NCBI RefSeq assembly: GCF_964213995.1
Contig: NC_135810.1
Span: 41,044,001 to 41,108,000 of the forward strand
Length of the DNA stretch: 64,000 nucleotides
Origin: Mustelus asterias
Lineage: Eukaryota
Reading direction: 5' to 3'
How positions within the stretch are numbered: the stretch's first letter is position 1; each line of letters begins with the position of its first letter. The position numbers and the translations under genes are program-made. Under the pieces are notes generated by a model. It saw only the letters and a program-made list of their open reading frames with translations, searched no databases and was not told where the DNA came from. This document shows positions 25,901 through 38,164 of the stretch, one piece after another.

Positions 25901-26669
25901 CAGCGCTGTTCCACGCTGAGATTGGGATAGGGCACTATAGCTGATTGAAAGCCTGCTAAGAGCCCTTATTCCTGTGTTCCTCCTCCCTCTTTGAGCAGCT
26001 TGTCCGCTGTGTCCCCTCTGCTCATTTTTCCTGTCATGTTGCAGGCCAAAGGGATCAGATATTCAAGCACACATGATAAGAAGTAAATGTCTAAGCAGAA
26101 TCCTTGAAGTGAGATCCACATCACTCCGTGTAGACTTCAGCAACTTTTAGTAGCAGTACAAACTTCCAAAAATTTCTCCCAACTCAGCAACAGCATGAGA
26201 GGTTTAGTTAGCTGAGATAAGAGGAACCCATTCCCCTTAGCAAATAGGTAAATTATAATTCAAGGTAATTGGCAGAGGATTTGAGGGGAGTTGTGTCATT
26301 TTTTTCCACCCTGACAGTGGTTTGAAGCTAAAGTTTGAAAGGGCGGGGAATTATTTTCCGGCTGGCACAAACATCATGGGATGAATGGCCTCCTTCTGTG
26401 CAATAATTTTTCTGCTCTATGTTAAAATTGCCACCAACACCCTAGTCATAAACCCAAAATGGCATTGGTTCTTTTATGGTCTTTACACCGGTACTTTCAG
26501 GCAATTATACATCTGCACGGCTAGGTTTCTGTTCAGTCACACCTTTAAGCAAGTCCAGCAATTAAGAACATAAGAACATAAGAACATAAGAAATAGGAGC
26601 AGGAGTAGGCCATCTAGCCCCTCGAGCCTGCCCCGCCATTCAATAAGATCATGGCTGATCTGACGTGGA

Positions 26670-29600
26670 TCAGTACCACTTACCCGCCTGATCCCCATAA
26701 CCCTTAATTCCCTTACCAATCAGGAATCCATCCATCCGCGCTTTAAACATATTCAGCGAGGTAGCCTCCACCACCTCAGTGGGCAGAGAATTCCAGAGAT
26801 TCACCACCCTCTGGGAGAAGAAGTTCCTCCTCAACTCTGTCTTAAACCGACCCCCCTTTATTTTGAGGCTGTGTCCTCTAGTTTTAACTTCCTTACTAAG
26901 TGGAAAGAATCTCTCCGCCTCCACCCTATCCAGCCCCCGCATTATCTTATAAGTCTCCATAAGATCCCCCCTCATCCTTCTAAACTCCAACGAGTACAAA
27001 CCCAATCTCCTCAGCCTCTCCTCATAATCCAAACCCCTCATCTCCGGTATCAACCTGGTGAACCTTCTCTGCACTCCCTCCAATGCCAATATATCCTTCC
27101 TCATATAAGGGGACCAATACTGCACACAGTATTCCAGCTGCGGCCTCACCAATGCCCTGTACAGGTGCATCAAGACATCCCTGCTTTTATATTCTATCCC
27201 CCTCGCAATATAGGCCAACATCCCATTTGCCTTCTTGATCACCTGTTGTACCTGCAGACTGGGCTTTTGCGTCTCATGCACAAGGACCCCCAGGTCCCTT
27301 TGCACGGTAGCATGTTTTAATTTGTTTCCATTGAGATAGTAATCCCATTTGTTATTATTTCCTCCAAAGTGTATAACCTCGCATTTATCAACGTTATACT
27401 CCATTTGCCACATCCTCGCCCATTCACTCAGCCTGTCCAAATCTCTCTGCAGATCTTCTCCGTCCTCCACACGATTCACTTTTCCACTTATCTTTGTGTC
27501 ATCTGCAAACTTCGTTACCCTACACTCCGTCCCCTCCTCCAGATCATCTATATAAATGGTAAACAGTTGCGGCCCGAGTACCGATCCCTGCGGCACGCCA
27601 CTCGTTACCTTCCTCCAACCGGAAAAACACCCATTTATTCCGACTCTTTGCTTCCTGTCGGATAGCCAGTCCCCAATCCACTTTAACACACTACCCCCAA
27701 CTCCGTGTGCCCTAATCTTCTTCAGCAGCCTTTTATGGGGCACATTATCAAACGCCTTTTGGAAATCCAAAAACACCGCATCCACCGGTTCTCCTCCATC
27801 AACCGCCCTCGTCACATCTTCATAAAAATCCAACATGTTCGTCAAGCACAACTTTCCCCTCATGAATCCATGCTGCGTCTGATTGATCGAACCATTTCTA
27901 TCCAGATGCCCTGCTATCTCCTCTTTAATAATGGATTCCAGCATTTTCCCTACTACAGACGTTAAGCTGACCGGCCTATAGTTACCCGCCTTTTGTCTCC
28001 TTCCTTTTTTAAACAGTGGCGTAACATTAGCCGTTTTCCAATCAACCGGCACTACCCCAGAATGCAACGAGTTTTGATAAATAATCACTAACGCATCCAC
28101 TATTACCTCTGACATTTCTTTCAATACCCTGGGATGCATTCCATCCGGACCCGGGGACTTGTCCACCTTCAGTCCCATTAGTCTACCCAGCACTGCCTCT
28201 CTGGTAACATGAACTGTATTAAGTATTTCTCCTGCTGCCAACCCTCTATCGTTAATATTTGGCAAACTATTTGTGTCCTCCACCGTGAAGACCGACACAA
28301 AAAACTTATTTAAAGACTCAGCCATATCCTCATTTCCCACTATTAACTCCCCCCTCTCGTCCTCCAAGGGTCCAACATTCACTCTAGCCACTCTATTCCT
28401 TTTTATATATTTATAAAAACTTTTACTATCATTTTTTATATTAATTGCTAGCCTAGCTTCATAGTCTATCCTTCCTTTCTTTATCGCTTTCTTAGTCTCT
28501 CTTTGTTGTTTCTTAAATTTTTCCCAATCACTTGTTTCTCCACTATTTTTGGCCACTCTGTACGCAGCTGTTTTTATTTTAATACTCTCCTTTATTTCCT
28601 TCGTTATCCACGGCTGGTTCTCCCTTTTCTTACAATCCTTGTTTTTTGCTGGAATATATTTTTGCTGAGAACTGAAAAGGATCTCCTTAAAAATCCTCCA
28701 CTGTTCCTCAGCTATCCTACCTGCCAGCCTGCTCTCCCAGTCTACCTTAGCCAATTCATCCCTCATCCTATCATATTTCCCTCTGTTCAAACAGAGGACA
28801 CTGGTTTGGGACCAAACTTTCTCCTCTTCCATCTAAATCAGAAATTCGACCATATTGTGGTCACTAGACCCAAGAGGGTCCTTCACAATAAGATCCTTAA
28901 TTCTACCTACCTCGTTACACAATACCAGATCCAAAATAGCTCGTTCCCTCGTCGGTTCCGTAACATGCTGTTCAAGGAAACTATCCCGACAGCATTCTAA
29001 GAACTCTTCCTCCATTCCACCCTTACCGACTTGAGTCTGCCAGTCAATGTGCATGTTGAAGTCCCCCATGATTATTGCCGTTCCGTTTTTACACGCATCC
29101 CTTATCTGCTTGTTTATAGCCCTCCCTACCTCAACATTATTATTTGGGGGCCTATATACCACACCTACTAGTGTCTTTCTCCCTCTACTATTCCTCATCT
29201 CTACCCATAATGATTCCACGTTTTGTTCCTCAGAGCCTATGTCATCCCTCAGTACTACCCTGATATTATCTCTTATTAATAGCGCGACCCCACCACCTTT
29301 TCCTTCCTGTCTATTCTTCCTAAACGCCTGATACCCCTGGATATTCATCTCCCAGTCCTGGTCACCTTTCAGCCACGTTTCTGTAATGGCCACTAGATCG
29401 TACCCACTTGTGCTGATTTGCACCATCAACTCATTTACCTTGTTCCGAATGCTTCGTGCATTCAGGCAAAGTGTCCTTATTCCAGTTTTTATCTGGACCC
29501 GCTTTGATGAGTCGCGAACACCCTCTCCCTCTACTCCCTTATCTAAATTACCGCCTTCATTCACTTGCACCCTCTCCTCTACCATTAATTTTGTAATTCC

Positions 29601-29690
29601 CCTTACCCCTGCATCCTGCCCCCCATCAATTAGTTCCTTGATCCTAGTCAACTCTTCTAGCTCCCCTCCCCCCAACCTATCTAGTTTAAA
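26670..29690 (-). pseudogene. CR1 ORF2 (APE endonuclease + RT) with one nonsense codon
   Basis: NARSI, VAITETWL, GDFN, SDH; [15 protein letters not shown]; in-frame TAG at 28833-28835 separates the 280-aa and 720-aa ORFs. Confidence 0.95.
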
Positions 29691-30610
29691 TTCTCCCCAG
29701 TAGCCTTAGCCAACCTACCGGCCAGGATATTGGTCCCCGTGTGATTCAAGTTCCACCCGTTTTTTGTATACAGATCACCCCTGCCCCTAAAGAGGTCCCA
29801 ATGGTCCAGGAACCTGAATCCCTGCCCCCTGCACCAGTCCCTCAGCCACACATTCATCCTCCACCTCACTCCATTCCTGCCCTCACCTTCCCGTGGCACA
29901 GGCAGTAATCCTGAGATTACTACCTTTGCTTTCCTCTTTCTCAGCTGTCTCCCTAATTCCCTGTACTCCCTTTTCATGACCCCTTCTCCCTTCCTACCCA
30001 CATCAGCGGTACCAATATGTACCGCTACCTCAGGCTCCTCTCCCTCCCACCTCAGGATTTCCGGGACGCGACTAGCGACATCCTGGATCCCGGCCCCAGG
30101 GAGGCAGACCACCATGCGAGAATCCCGCCTACCTCCGCAGAAACGCCTGTCTGTCCCCTTCACCATCGAGTCCCCGATTAATACCGCCTTCCTCCTCTTT
30201 TCCTTAGCCCTCTGAGTTACCGGGCTGGACTCCACTGCGGAGACACGGCCACTGCTGCTTCCCCCAGGCGGGCTGTCCCCCCCAGCAGTACTCAAGCAAG
30301 AGTACTTGTTGTGCAGGGGCAAATCCACCGGGGTGCTCTCAACCACCCTAGCCTTACCCTTCCTGACCGTCACCCACTTGGCCTCCTCCCGTGGCCCTGG
30401 TGTGACCACCTGATGATAGCTCTTGTCTATCACCTCCTCATTCTCCCTCATCAGCCTAAGATCCTCGAGCTGCAGTTCCAGCTCCCTAACACGGTCCCTC
30501 AGGAACTGCAGCTCGACACACCCCTCACAGATGTGGATGTCCGGGAGGCCAGATGCCTCCAGGACCTCCCACATCCTACACTGGGAACAACACACTGGTT
30601 TCACACTCAT
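29681..30610 (-). CDS. CR1 ORF1 protein (zinc finger, coiled coil, SGNH esterase), 309 aa
   Basis: ATG at 30610; CSQC...HICEGC, heptad repeat LRDRVRELELQLEDL, LIGDSMVK, VHIGT block; open to TAG. Confidence 0.92.
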   Translation of the reverse strand: MSVKPVCCSQCRMWEVLEASGLPDIHICEGCVELQFLRDRVRELELQLEDLRLMRENEEVIDKSYHQVVTPGPREEAKWVTVRKGKARVVESTPVDLPLHNKYSCLSTAGGDSPPGGSSSGRVSAVESSPVTQRAKEKRRKAVLIGDSMVKGTDRRFCGGRRDSRMVVCLPGAGIQDVASRVPEILRWEGEEPEVAVHIGTADVGRKGEGVMKREYRELGRQLRKRKAKVVISGLLPVPREGEGRNGVRWRMNVWLRDWCRGQGFRFLDHWDLFRGRGDLYTKNGWNLNHTGTNILAGRLAKATGENLN

Positions 30611-31827
30611 ACTGGACACTTTATGTCAAGTAAGACAGTGAAAAGTTAATAAGAGTGTAAGGAAACAAAAACTCACCCCTGCTCGTCCAAGCCCTGTGAG
30701 CCAAAGCCCTGACAGCTCACTCAACTTCCCACTCACTCTGCTGCCCGCTACGATGCTGCACTTGTCTATCTGGGTCCCTCAGGAATTATGTTACAGTCTT
30801 GCAGTTTGTCCAACTTCCTACTTTTACATTATGGTCAAATTTGAATTGGTACCAGTATGCCCAAATTCAAATCATCTATATTGAAAATAATAGTTGAATA
30901 GTTACTGACCCCCAGGTAGACCACTTGCATCCCTTCTCCATTCTGAGCAATACAAATTAGCAAGAACCTTTGTTTTCTGTCAGCCAATTATTTTTGTATT
31001 CATGCCGCGACAGTGTCTCTCCACCACTTTGTTAAAATTGTGAGCCACGTATCTTTGAGAATTTTTGTCAAGACCTCTCTGAAAATCCATATTTAATACA
31101 CTCCCTTTACCTAACTGATCCATCTCTTCTTCCAAAATATTTATTAAATATTTTAAACATACCTTGTGTACAATAAGAGGTTAATTCTCTCAAGTCTTTG
31201 TCATTGCAGCCTGAAATTCAGTTCATACAAGGTTAAGGATGACCTTGAGATGACTCTTCAATTTGAACTCATTTTTATCTGCAAGGAAGTTGCTGATTTC
31301 TACTCCCCCCGCCCCACGTTCCACTCCCCAAAAGGCAATGGATGGTACTTCAATCACAGCATTCAAGACTAAGGTTGACAACATTTTGTTAAGTTATGCA
31401 AGAAAATGAAATAGCCAAAAGGCTGAGAAGCAATTTACTCTAAGATCGAGCATGCGAACAGGTGTAATGCCTGTTCTTGTCAGTTTGGATCCAGTATGTC
31501 TTTTTTGTGAGGACTAGGAATTGGGTTCAACCTGAGTTTGAATTGGTTTTTGCAATAAATCGAGGGCAATTTGATGTGGTTCCAAGTAACAAAGGATTTA
31601 TTGTCAACAATAAATAAGTATTTACAATAAAGGGTCAGACAGAATCAACTATGTGACTGGTTTCAACTGTGGATCCTTCCTGACCCGGAATATGTGCCCT
31701 TGCCCCTCCATTAACTTAGCTTCACGCCTCGTCACTCCATAGGGTCTGGCCCGATGACGTGGCCTTCCAGGAATGCCCCCTTAAAAGGGCCATGCTGCCA
31801 CATTCTTCGAGTAAGCAAGGAGATGGA

Positions 31828-31943
31828 AGGTAAGATTCTCTGGCCTCCTGCCGCTGTCAATGGGAAATCCCATTGACTCCACTGCGCGCCGCCAGAAAAC
31901 TGATGGTGGGAATGCACCATCAGCGGGACCAGAAGATCCTGCC
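31828..31943. mobile_element. Short MITE-like element with two internal hairpins
   Basis: GTCAATGGGA-AA-TCCCATTGAC and CTGATGGTG-GGAATG-CACCATCAG; imperfect inverted termini. Confidence 0.5.
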
Positions 31944-34574
31944 AGCATGAACAGCTGGGATAAAATTAGTGTGGCATGGACACATGACATGTATGAACCC
32001 ACATTCACATGCATTGATGGTCCTATATGTGCTGCTCTGCCCTTTGTAAAAAGAATTATTAGTCCATATCTCAACAAGGTGTCTGTTCAAAGTGCAACAG
32101 AATTGAGGTGGCTTCACTGAAGGAACCAAATGAGTGTCTACATCGACCATAGTCATAACATGGAACATATTTATTGTAATTTCTCTGCTGTGCTTTTCAT
32201 TATGGCTGCCAAGTAACAACATGGGAATTCCATTTAATAATATTGCCATGGAAACCAGTGGACTCTCAAGATATGCTTGTTCTGATTGATGAAAATGTCA
32301 GGGAACATGGCAGTTATTTTTCTGAGAAGTTGTACAAAATGGCAACTGAAAGACAGCTGGGTAAAAAGTAATAATATAAATTAAAAAGGATGAACTGGAG
32401 AGAAATGACAACCATGATTAAATGATTAGCCAACTAGTTTCTGCATTCACCGTATCGATAATTTAATAACAAGGAAATATAGCACAAGAAGCTTTTTCAC
32501 TAGCTTAGTGACTGAGTTCCTGAGAATTGGCACATCAGCAATTACTGGACTGAATATTAGAAATATTAAGTTATGAACTGCAAAAGGCAGTCTTTTCTGT
32601 CAAGTGAATGATTTATGCGGCAATTGGCAGCTTTTGAATGTTACACATTACAACAAGACTAATGTACTTGTAGAATAGACAGATTGGTGGGCTACACTTC
32701 ACATTTTCCTTGCTATATATGTTCCCATTGCTGGTCTATCTCTGAGTTCTGCAAATCATCCCAACAGTTGGAGACCAAGATATCCCACTGGAAGACAAAT
32801 AAATATCTGCCTATTTTACAGAAAGCTTCTCTTAAAGTTGGCATTGGGCCAGCTTGTCAGAAAAAAAGTCCTGTAGGATCTAATCAGAACTTTTGAGCCA
32901 AATCTTGAAGAAGCCATTGTAACAAGTAGTTAATCTTGAATAAATGTTTCTCTTTCATACAATCCTATAGATCACAAAAGGATAAATTCCACATCTTCTA
33001 TGACTTGAGATTTATCATGATCTATCGGTTAACAGAGGGTGTTGGTATGAGGTGATTAATAAAGGCAGATTAATGGGTTTTTTAAAGATTTTGTCATTTG
33101 TTTAATTTTGTGATTTTGTTCAATTTTAGCATTTCATGCAATCTTCTTGAATTGACTACACGGGCTGGATTTAATGGCCTCGCTTAACCCGAGATCAAAA
33201 AGTCCCGCCTGAGGTCAACGGACCTTCCCACTGTCCGCCCCTCGCCTGTTCCGATTCCTGGGGCGGTAGAATTCCGTGCAGATGTCAACCAAGGTCCAAG
33301 TGTACAGAACACCATCCTCTTCTACTGCAGTGTTTCCTGGATGGTGTATCAGTGACGTGTAAGAGTGCTGGAGAAATTCCATCAGCAATGACCTTGCTGC
33401 ATCCTCCTGATTCAATGTGAGAACCATTAAAAAAATGCCAGTGTTTTTCCTGAAGCCAGATCCACAAACATTTAGGCAAAATTCTGACAAAATCAACTTT
33501 GGACTGGACACTGTAGGGATGACAGTAACAATGAGATGGACAATAATTAATTGGCAGTCTGTTTGGCACTGCAATTGATTTTCATTTCATTAAGCTTATA
33601 ACCACTAAACAACTGTCCAATGCAATGAAGAATGTCTTAAATGATTTTTTTTCCTGAGTTGCTGAGAGCAAAGTGCTGCAAATTAATCTCTAATTCCTGG
33701 AAATCCTGGGACATTCCTGGAGGATTGGCAGCCCTAGGTTCTGCTGTTATATAACTTGAGCAAACAGAAAGACAGGATAAAAATATGGAAATAAGCTCTG
33801 ATACACTGGGAACACAGAACACCTTAGAGGGCCATTAACTAATGTGCAATGTCATCATACCATCAAAATAACGACAAACCAAAAATACCCCCAGACTAAT
33901 AAAAAACAAGCAGCTCTACACTCACTGAATGCTTTCCAGTCATAGTAAGTATGTCCACTTTCTGAAATTACTTGAGAATTATGTGTGTCCAATTTATTAT
34001 TTACAAGTCTTGGGGAAACTCTGCTTAGGTGTACAATTACCATTAAATCTGTTGTTGTTATGACTGAGTCAGGGAAAGCTATTGTAATGAGCTCTGCTCC
34101 CAACCAATTTATCAATTGATTGACATTGCTTGAGGTAGATGATGTACACAAACTAAATGCCAGCGGCGTAGGAGTGAAGGTGACTGTCAGACTGACTATC
34201 ATTGGTAAAACTCTGAGCTCCTTGTAGAGGTCAACAACTGAGTGTATCTATGGTAACCTCTGAAAGGTATCTACTTCATCTGAATGCATAATATCCTGCT
34301 AAGCTAAACACTATACACGTAAGAAAATATCAACTTCCTGTTCATCATCTTCTCGTGTAGCTGATTAGAAAATAACTGCTTCACAGTCCCTCTCAAGCAG
34401 TCTGTGGCTGTCTCTCCTTTGATTGTACATTGGAGAGGATTAGCACAAAAGCAATTACTAATGTTAATTTTCCAAGTTGTAGATCAATAAATAAAACTAT
34501 GTCAGAACATAAATATACTATTCCCAGGTTCAATGCGATGGTTGAGATGTGCGGAAATTTGCTAAAAAAGAGAC

Positions 34575-35830
34575 ATGTAGAAGCTTTTTGTGATTCTGCG
34601 ATTGGACAACATTTGCTAAATATTCCTCAGATTGCTAAGAATTACATTGACAACTAATTTAAGATTGTCAGTCGGGCTTTCAGTGTGACACATTTGTGTG
34701 AACTGGAAACTTCAAAGGGCTCTGTTATTTGCAGACGGAAAGCATGGGGGCGATTCTCCCATCCCACTGTGCTGATTTTCTAGTGCAGCGGGCCAGGAGA
34801 ATCGCACAGGGGTCGGTGCATAGGGTTCCTGCAAGCGTTCATGCCCCGCTAGCATCTCCCAGTGCCAGATTTCTGGTGCGATCTGCCCCAGGGTATAGGG
34901 GGTGTCGAGGGCATGGGGCATATGGGGGGCAGGGCCCAGAGGGCAAATGGGGGGGGGGGGGAAGTCCTGTTGCCACTCTGCCATTGGGATGGATGGGGGC
35001 AGGAGGGAGACCAGCAATCAGGGCAGGTTGGGGTGGATGGGGGTGTTTCTGCCTGGGGTGGGGGGGTGGGTGTCTGCCTGCAGGGGCGTCTGCATTGCGG
35101 GCGGGTTGGTGGCTGGAGATCGAGGTGGTCGGGATGGGTTGAGGGGGTGATTTAGGCTGGCCCAGGAATGGTCGGGGGGGGCCACAAACGGGCCATGGTG
35201 GGGGGAGGGGGGGGGGCGGCGGGTGTTGGAGGGGCAGCATTGCAGGGGTCCCGGGCTGGCCAGCAAATGGGAGGCTGACAGTTCGGGGCCACTGCGTATG
35301 CGCAGAGGCCCGCTAGTTTCAGCTTCCCAGGTGAAAATAGGCCCTGCCCCCTGAAACCTAATGATATTCGTGCTGGTGGCCTCTGCGTTGCACAGAGTGT
35401 GGGATATTCCATTGTGAACTCCCACCGAAAAAAAGTGTGAATTACTCCAGTTTTTCCTTGAATTCAACACTTAGAATTTTTGTTCGGAGAATTATGCCCC
35501 ATATGTGCAGACATTGCACTTGTTCAGCCGAACAAAATAAGTGACAGCTATTCGCTGACTCATTCCTTAACTAATTAAGATAAGTTGTCAAACAATGTCT
35601 TGCAGTTAACTGTCAGTCACCATCAGCTGGTGTCTTCTTGATGGCAACGCCTTTACCAATGAAAATCCATTTGCCAACAAAGCACTCAATTCTCGTAGAG
35701 TATAAATTTTTGTTTTCCCCTTATATTGGTATTCTCATAAAGTTCCCTAATGAGTACAAGATGGGAACCTTTGACATGTCTCTTTTTCATCAATATTCAA
35801 GTTCTGTACTACCAAGCAACTATATATATT
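34575..35830 (+). mobile_element. Penelope-like element 3' remnant (GIY-YIG C-terminus + terminal repeat), split by a MITE
   Basis: CDSAIGQHLLNIPQIAKNYIDN*FKIVSRA...HL..LE; resumes after 35500; degenerate CTAATGAGTACAAGATGGGAAC hammerhead-like motif near 35747. Confidence 0.65.
34747..35500. mobile_element. GC-rich Harbinger-like MITE
   Basis: TIR-like GGGGCGATTCTCC / GGAGAATTATGCCCC; cleanly interrupts the Penelope sequence. Confidence 0.7.
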
Positions 35831-36474
35831 TGGTAATATTCAGCAATATTTTCTTGCAATTCTCAAGAAATTCCATCACAGTTACAACTCCACTGAAAGA
35901 GATGCCTCTGGGCAAATTGGAAGTTACAAATGTTCCTATATTTTAAAAACCACATCGAGAGTTGCAAAACTTTAGTTTATTCATGGTTCATAGTATTATT
36001 CCATGTCAATTTTAATGGTAAACCATTGACAGAATTTTCAAGCATGTGTCAGGACCCCGGCATTGGACCAAATTTGACTCTCGGCCCTAATGGTGGTGAA
36101 ATCCCAACTTCCTGCATGATCTTCTTGAAGTTGGTCAATTAACAGGCTGATTCTGATACTCCACTTCATCAAATTAGGGTCAGCAGGTGGGCTGGACAAG
36201 CAGGAAGTCCAGCCAAGACTGTCCAATGCTATTGAAGGCTGGCAGTCCTACTGGAAGAGGTGGACACTGTTGATGTAGGTTTGGGAGACCTGCCAAGGGT
36301 ACAATGATCATCATGGCTCTGGGAGGTAGGGTATTTTTTGAAAGCTCATTGATGACTCGCTGTCCTGCCACTGGAGGCCACCTTTAGAATGCTGGCAGAT
36401 TTTGAACACAGCCCTTGCCCTCTCTGACAGGGAGAAGAATCTCTGCTCCATGGGAAATAGCCCAGAATTAGGCT

Positions 36475-37365
36475 TTTTTTAAATCCTTTCGTAGGATGTA
36501 AGCATTTCTGAGAAGGCCAGTATCTGTTTTCCATCTCTAATTGCCATTGAGAAGGTGGCGGTAAGCTGCTTTCTTGACCCACTGCAGTCCACATGGTGCA
36601 AGTTTTGTTAGAAAGGAAGTTTGAGGTTTTGATGCAACACCAGTGAAGGAATGACAATATAGTTCCAAGTTGTGGTGGCCTGTGGCTTGAAGGGGAACTT
36701 GAGTTGGCAGTGTTCTCACATGTGTCAGGCTCGATGGGCCGAATGGCCTCCTTCTGCATTGTAGGGATTCTATGATTCTACAGTCCAGAGTTTTAAGCGC
36801 TGTTTGAAACAATGGGCTTGTTTTTACTGGCCATGTGGAGACAGGGTTGGAGGTAGGAGGCCAGGTAACCAGGAGGGAGCTCCCTGCTGCCTTTCTAAGT
36901 GGTGGCTTGGGAAAGTGTTGTCGAATGCTGCTTGGTGAGCTGCTGCCGTGCGTCATGTATGTGGTAAACATTTCTGTCATTGTGCCATAGTATTGGAGGG
37001 GAATGAATATTCAACTTGTGGATGGGGTGCTGATTCGATCAGGTAGCTTTGTCCTGAATTGTGTTGAGTTTCTTGAGTGTTGCTGGAACTGCAATCATCC
37101 AGGTAACTGGAGAGTTTTCCATTAGACTCCTGACTTGTGAATTGCTGATGATGGACAGTCCTTACGGAATCAAGAGATGAGTTACTCACTGAAGAATTCC
37201 CATCCTCTGACCTGTGCTTATAGCCACAGTATTTATACAGCTGGTCCAGTTCAGTTTCTGGTCAATGGTCACACCCAGGATGTTGATGGTGTGGGATTCA
37301 GCAATCATGATGCTGTTGAATGCCAAGAGGAAGTGGTTAATTTCTTGTTGGAAATGGTCATTACC
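36475..37365 (-). mobile_element. Old CR1/L2-group LINE 3' fragment
   Basis: INILGVTIDQKLNWTSCIN and VKKAAYRHLLNGN motifs; same family as 8250-9745. Confidence 0.75.
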
Positions 37366-37593
37366 TGGTAAATATATGATGTATTCTACTTCATAACTGA
37401 TGACTACGTAATTGTTGCCCACATCTTTAGAGCAGGCTGCCAACTGCTCCTCCCATTCCTGGGAAGTTCCCCAGGAGGCAGGAATGCAGCAGGGAGCTCC
37501 CTCCTGTTTACTTGGCCTCCTGCCTCCAACCCCGTCTCCACATGGCCAGTAAAAACAAGCTCATTGTTTCAAACAGAGTTTAAAACTCTGGAC

Positions 37594-37924
37594 TGTAGAA
37601 TCATAGAATCCCTACAATGCAGAAGGAGGCCATTCGGCCCATCGAGCCTGCACCGACAACAAACGCACCCAGGCCCAATCCCTGTGACCATATGTATTTA
37701 CCCTGTTAATCCACCTGACACTAAGGGACAATTTATCATGGCCAATCCATCTAACCCACACATCTTTGGACTGTGGGAGGAAACCGGAGCACCCGGAGGA
37801 AACCCAAGCAGTCACTGGGAGAATGTGCAAACTCCACACAGCCAGTGACCTGAGGCTGGAATTGAACCCGGGTTCCTGGAGCTGTGAGACAGCAGTGCGA
37901 GCCACTGTGCCACCGTGCTGCCGC
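37594..37924 (-). mobile_element. HE1 SINE
   Basis: Full head-core-tail. Confidence 0.92.
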
Positions 37925-38164
37925 CACTGTACCGCACCAAAGGAAGTGTTGCTGGAACTGCAATCAGCACCAGGTAATGACTATGTACTGCATGCATTTC
38001 AGGCTTAAGAGATCAGTAACCAATTAAAAGCAGGAGAACCTTCCTAATTAGAGAGACCTACAATTGTTTTTGGTTCTATGCATCAAAGTTACTGTAGGGA
38101 AATGATTTGGAATAATCTCTTGTTTCATATCTTATTTTGATCAATGTCTGTTGCTTAAACTCAG

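Larger units (their letters stand above)
26563..30760 (-). mobile_element. Essentially full-length CR1 LINE
   Basis: 5' UTR, intact ORF1, ORF2 with a single stop, 3' stem-loop and (TTCTTATG)n octamer tail at 26563-26592. Confidence 0.97.

Noticed and set aside
26871-30649. Plus-strand ORFs overlapping the full-length CR1 (also those opposite CR1 D and the right-end CR1)
   Set aside because: Antisense shadow ORFs of coding sequence, with no motifs of their own.
33855-34250. Minus-strand ORF of about 130 codons with a CA|GTGAGT donor-like site
   Set aside because: No recognisable protein and an ambiguous acceptor; cannot be supported without expression or homology data.
34712-35470. Pro/Gly-rich ORFs and CpG-island-like promoter (also 5778-6342)
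   Set aside because: Explained by stop-poor G/C runs inside MITE-like elements.
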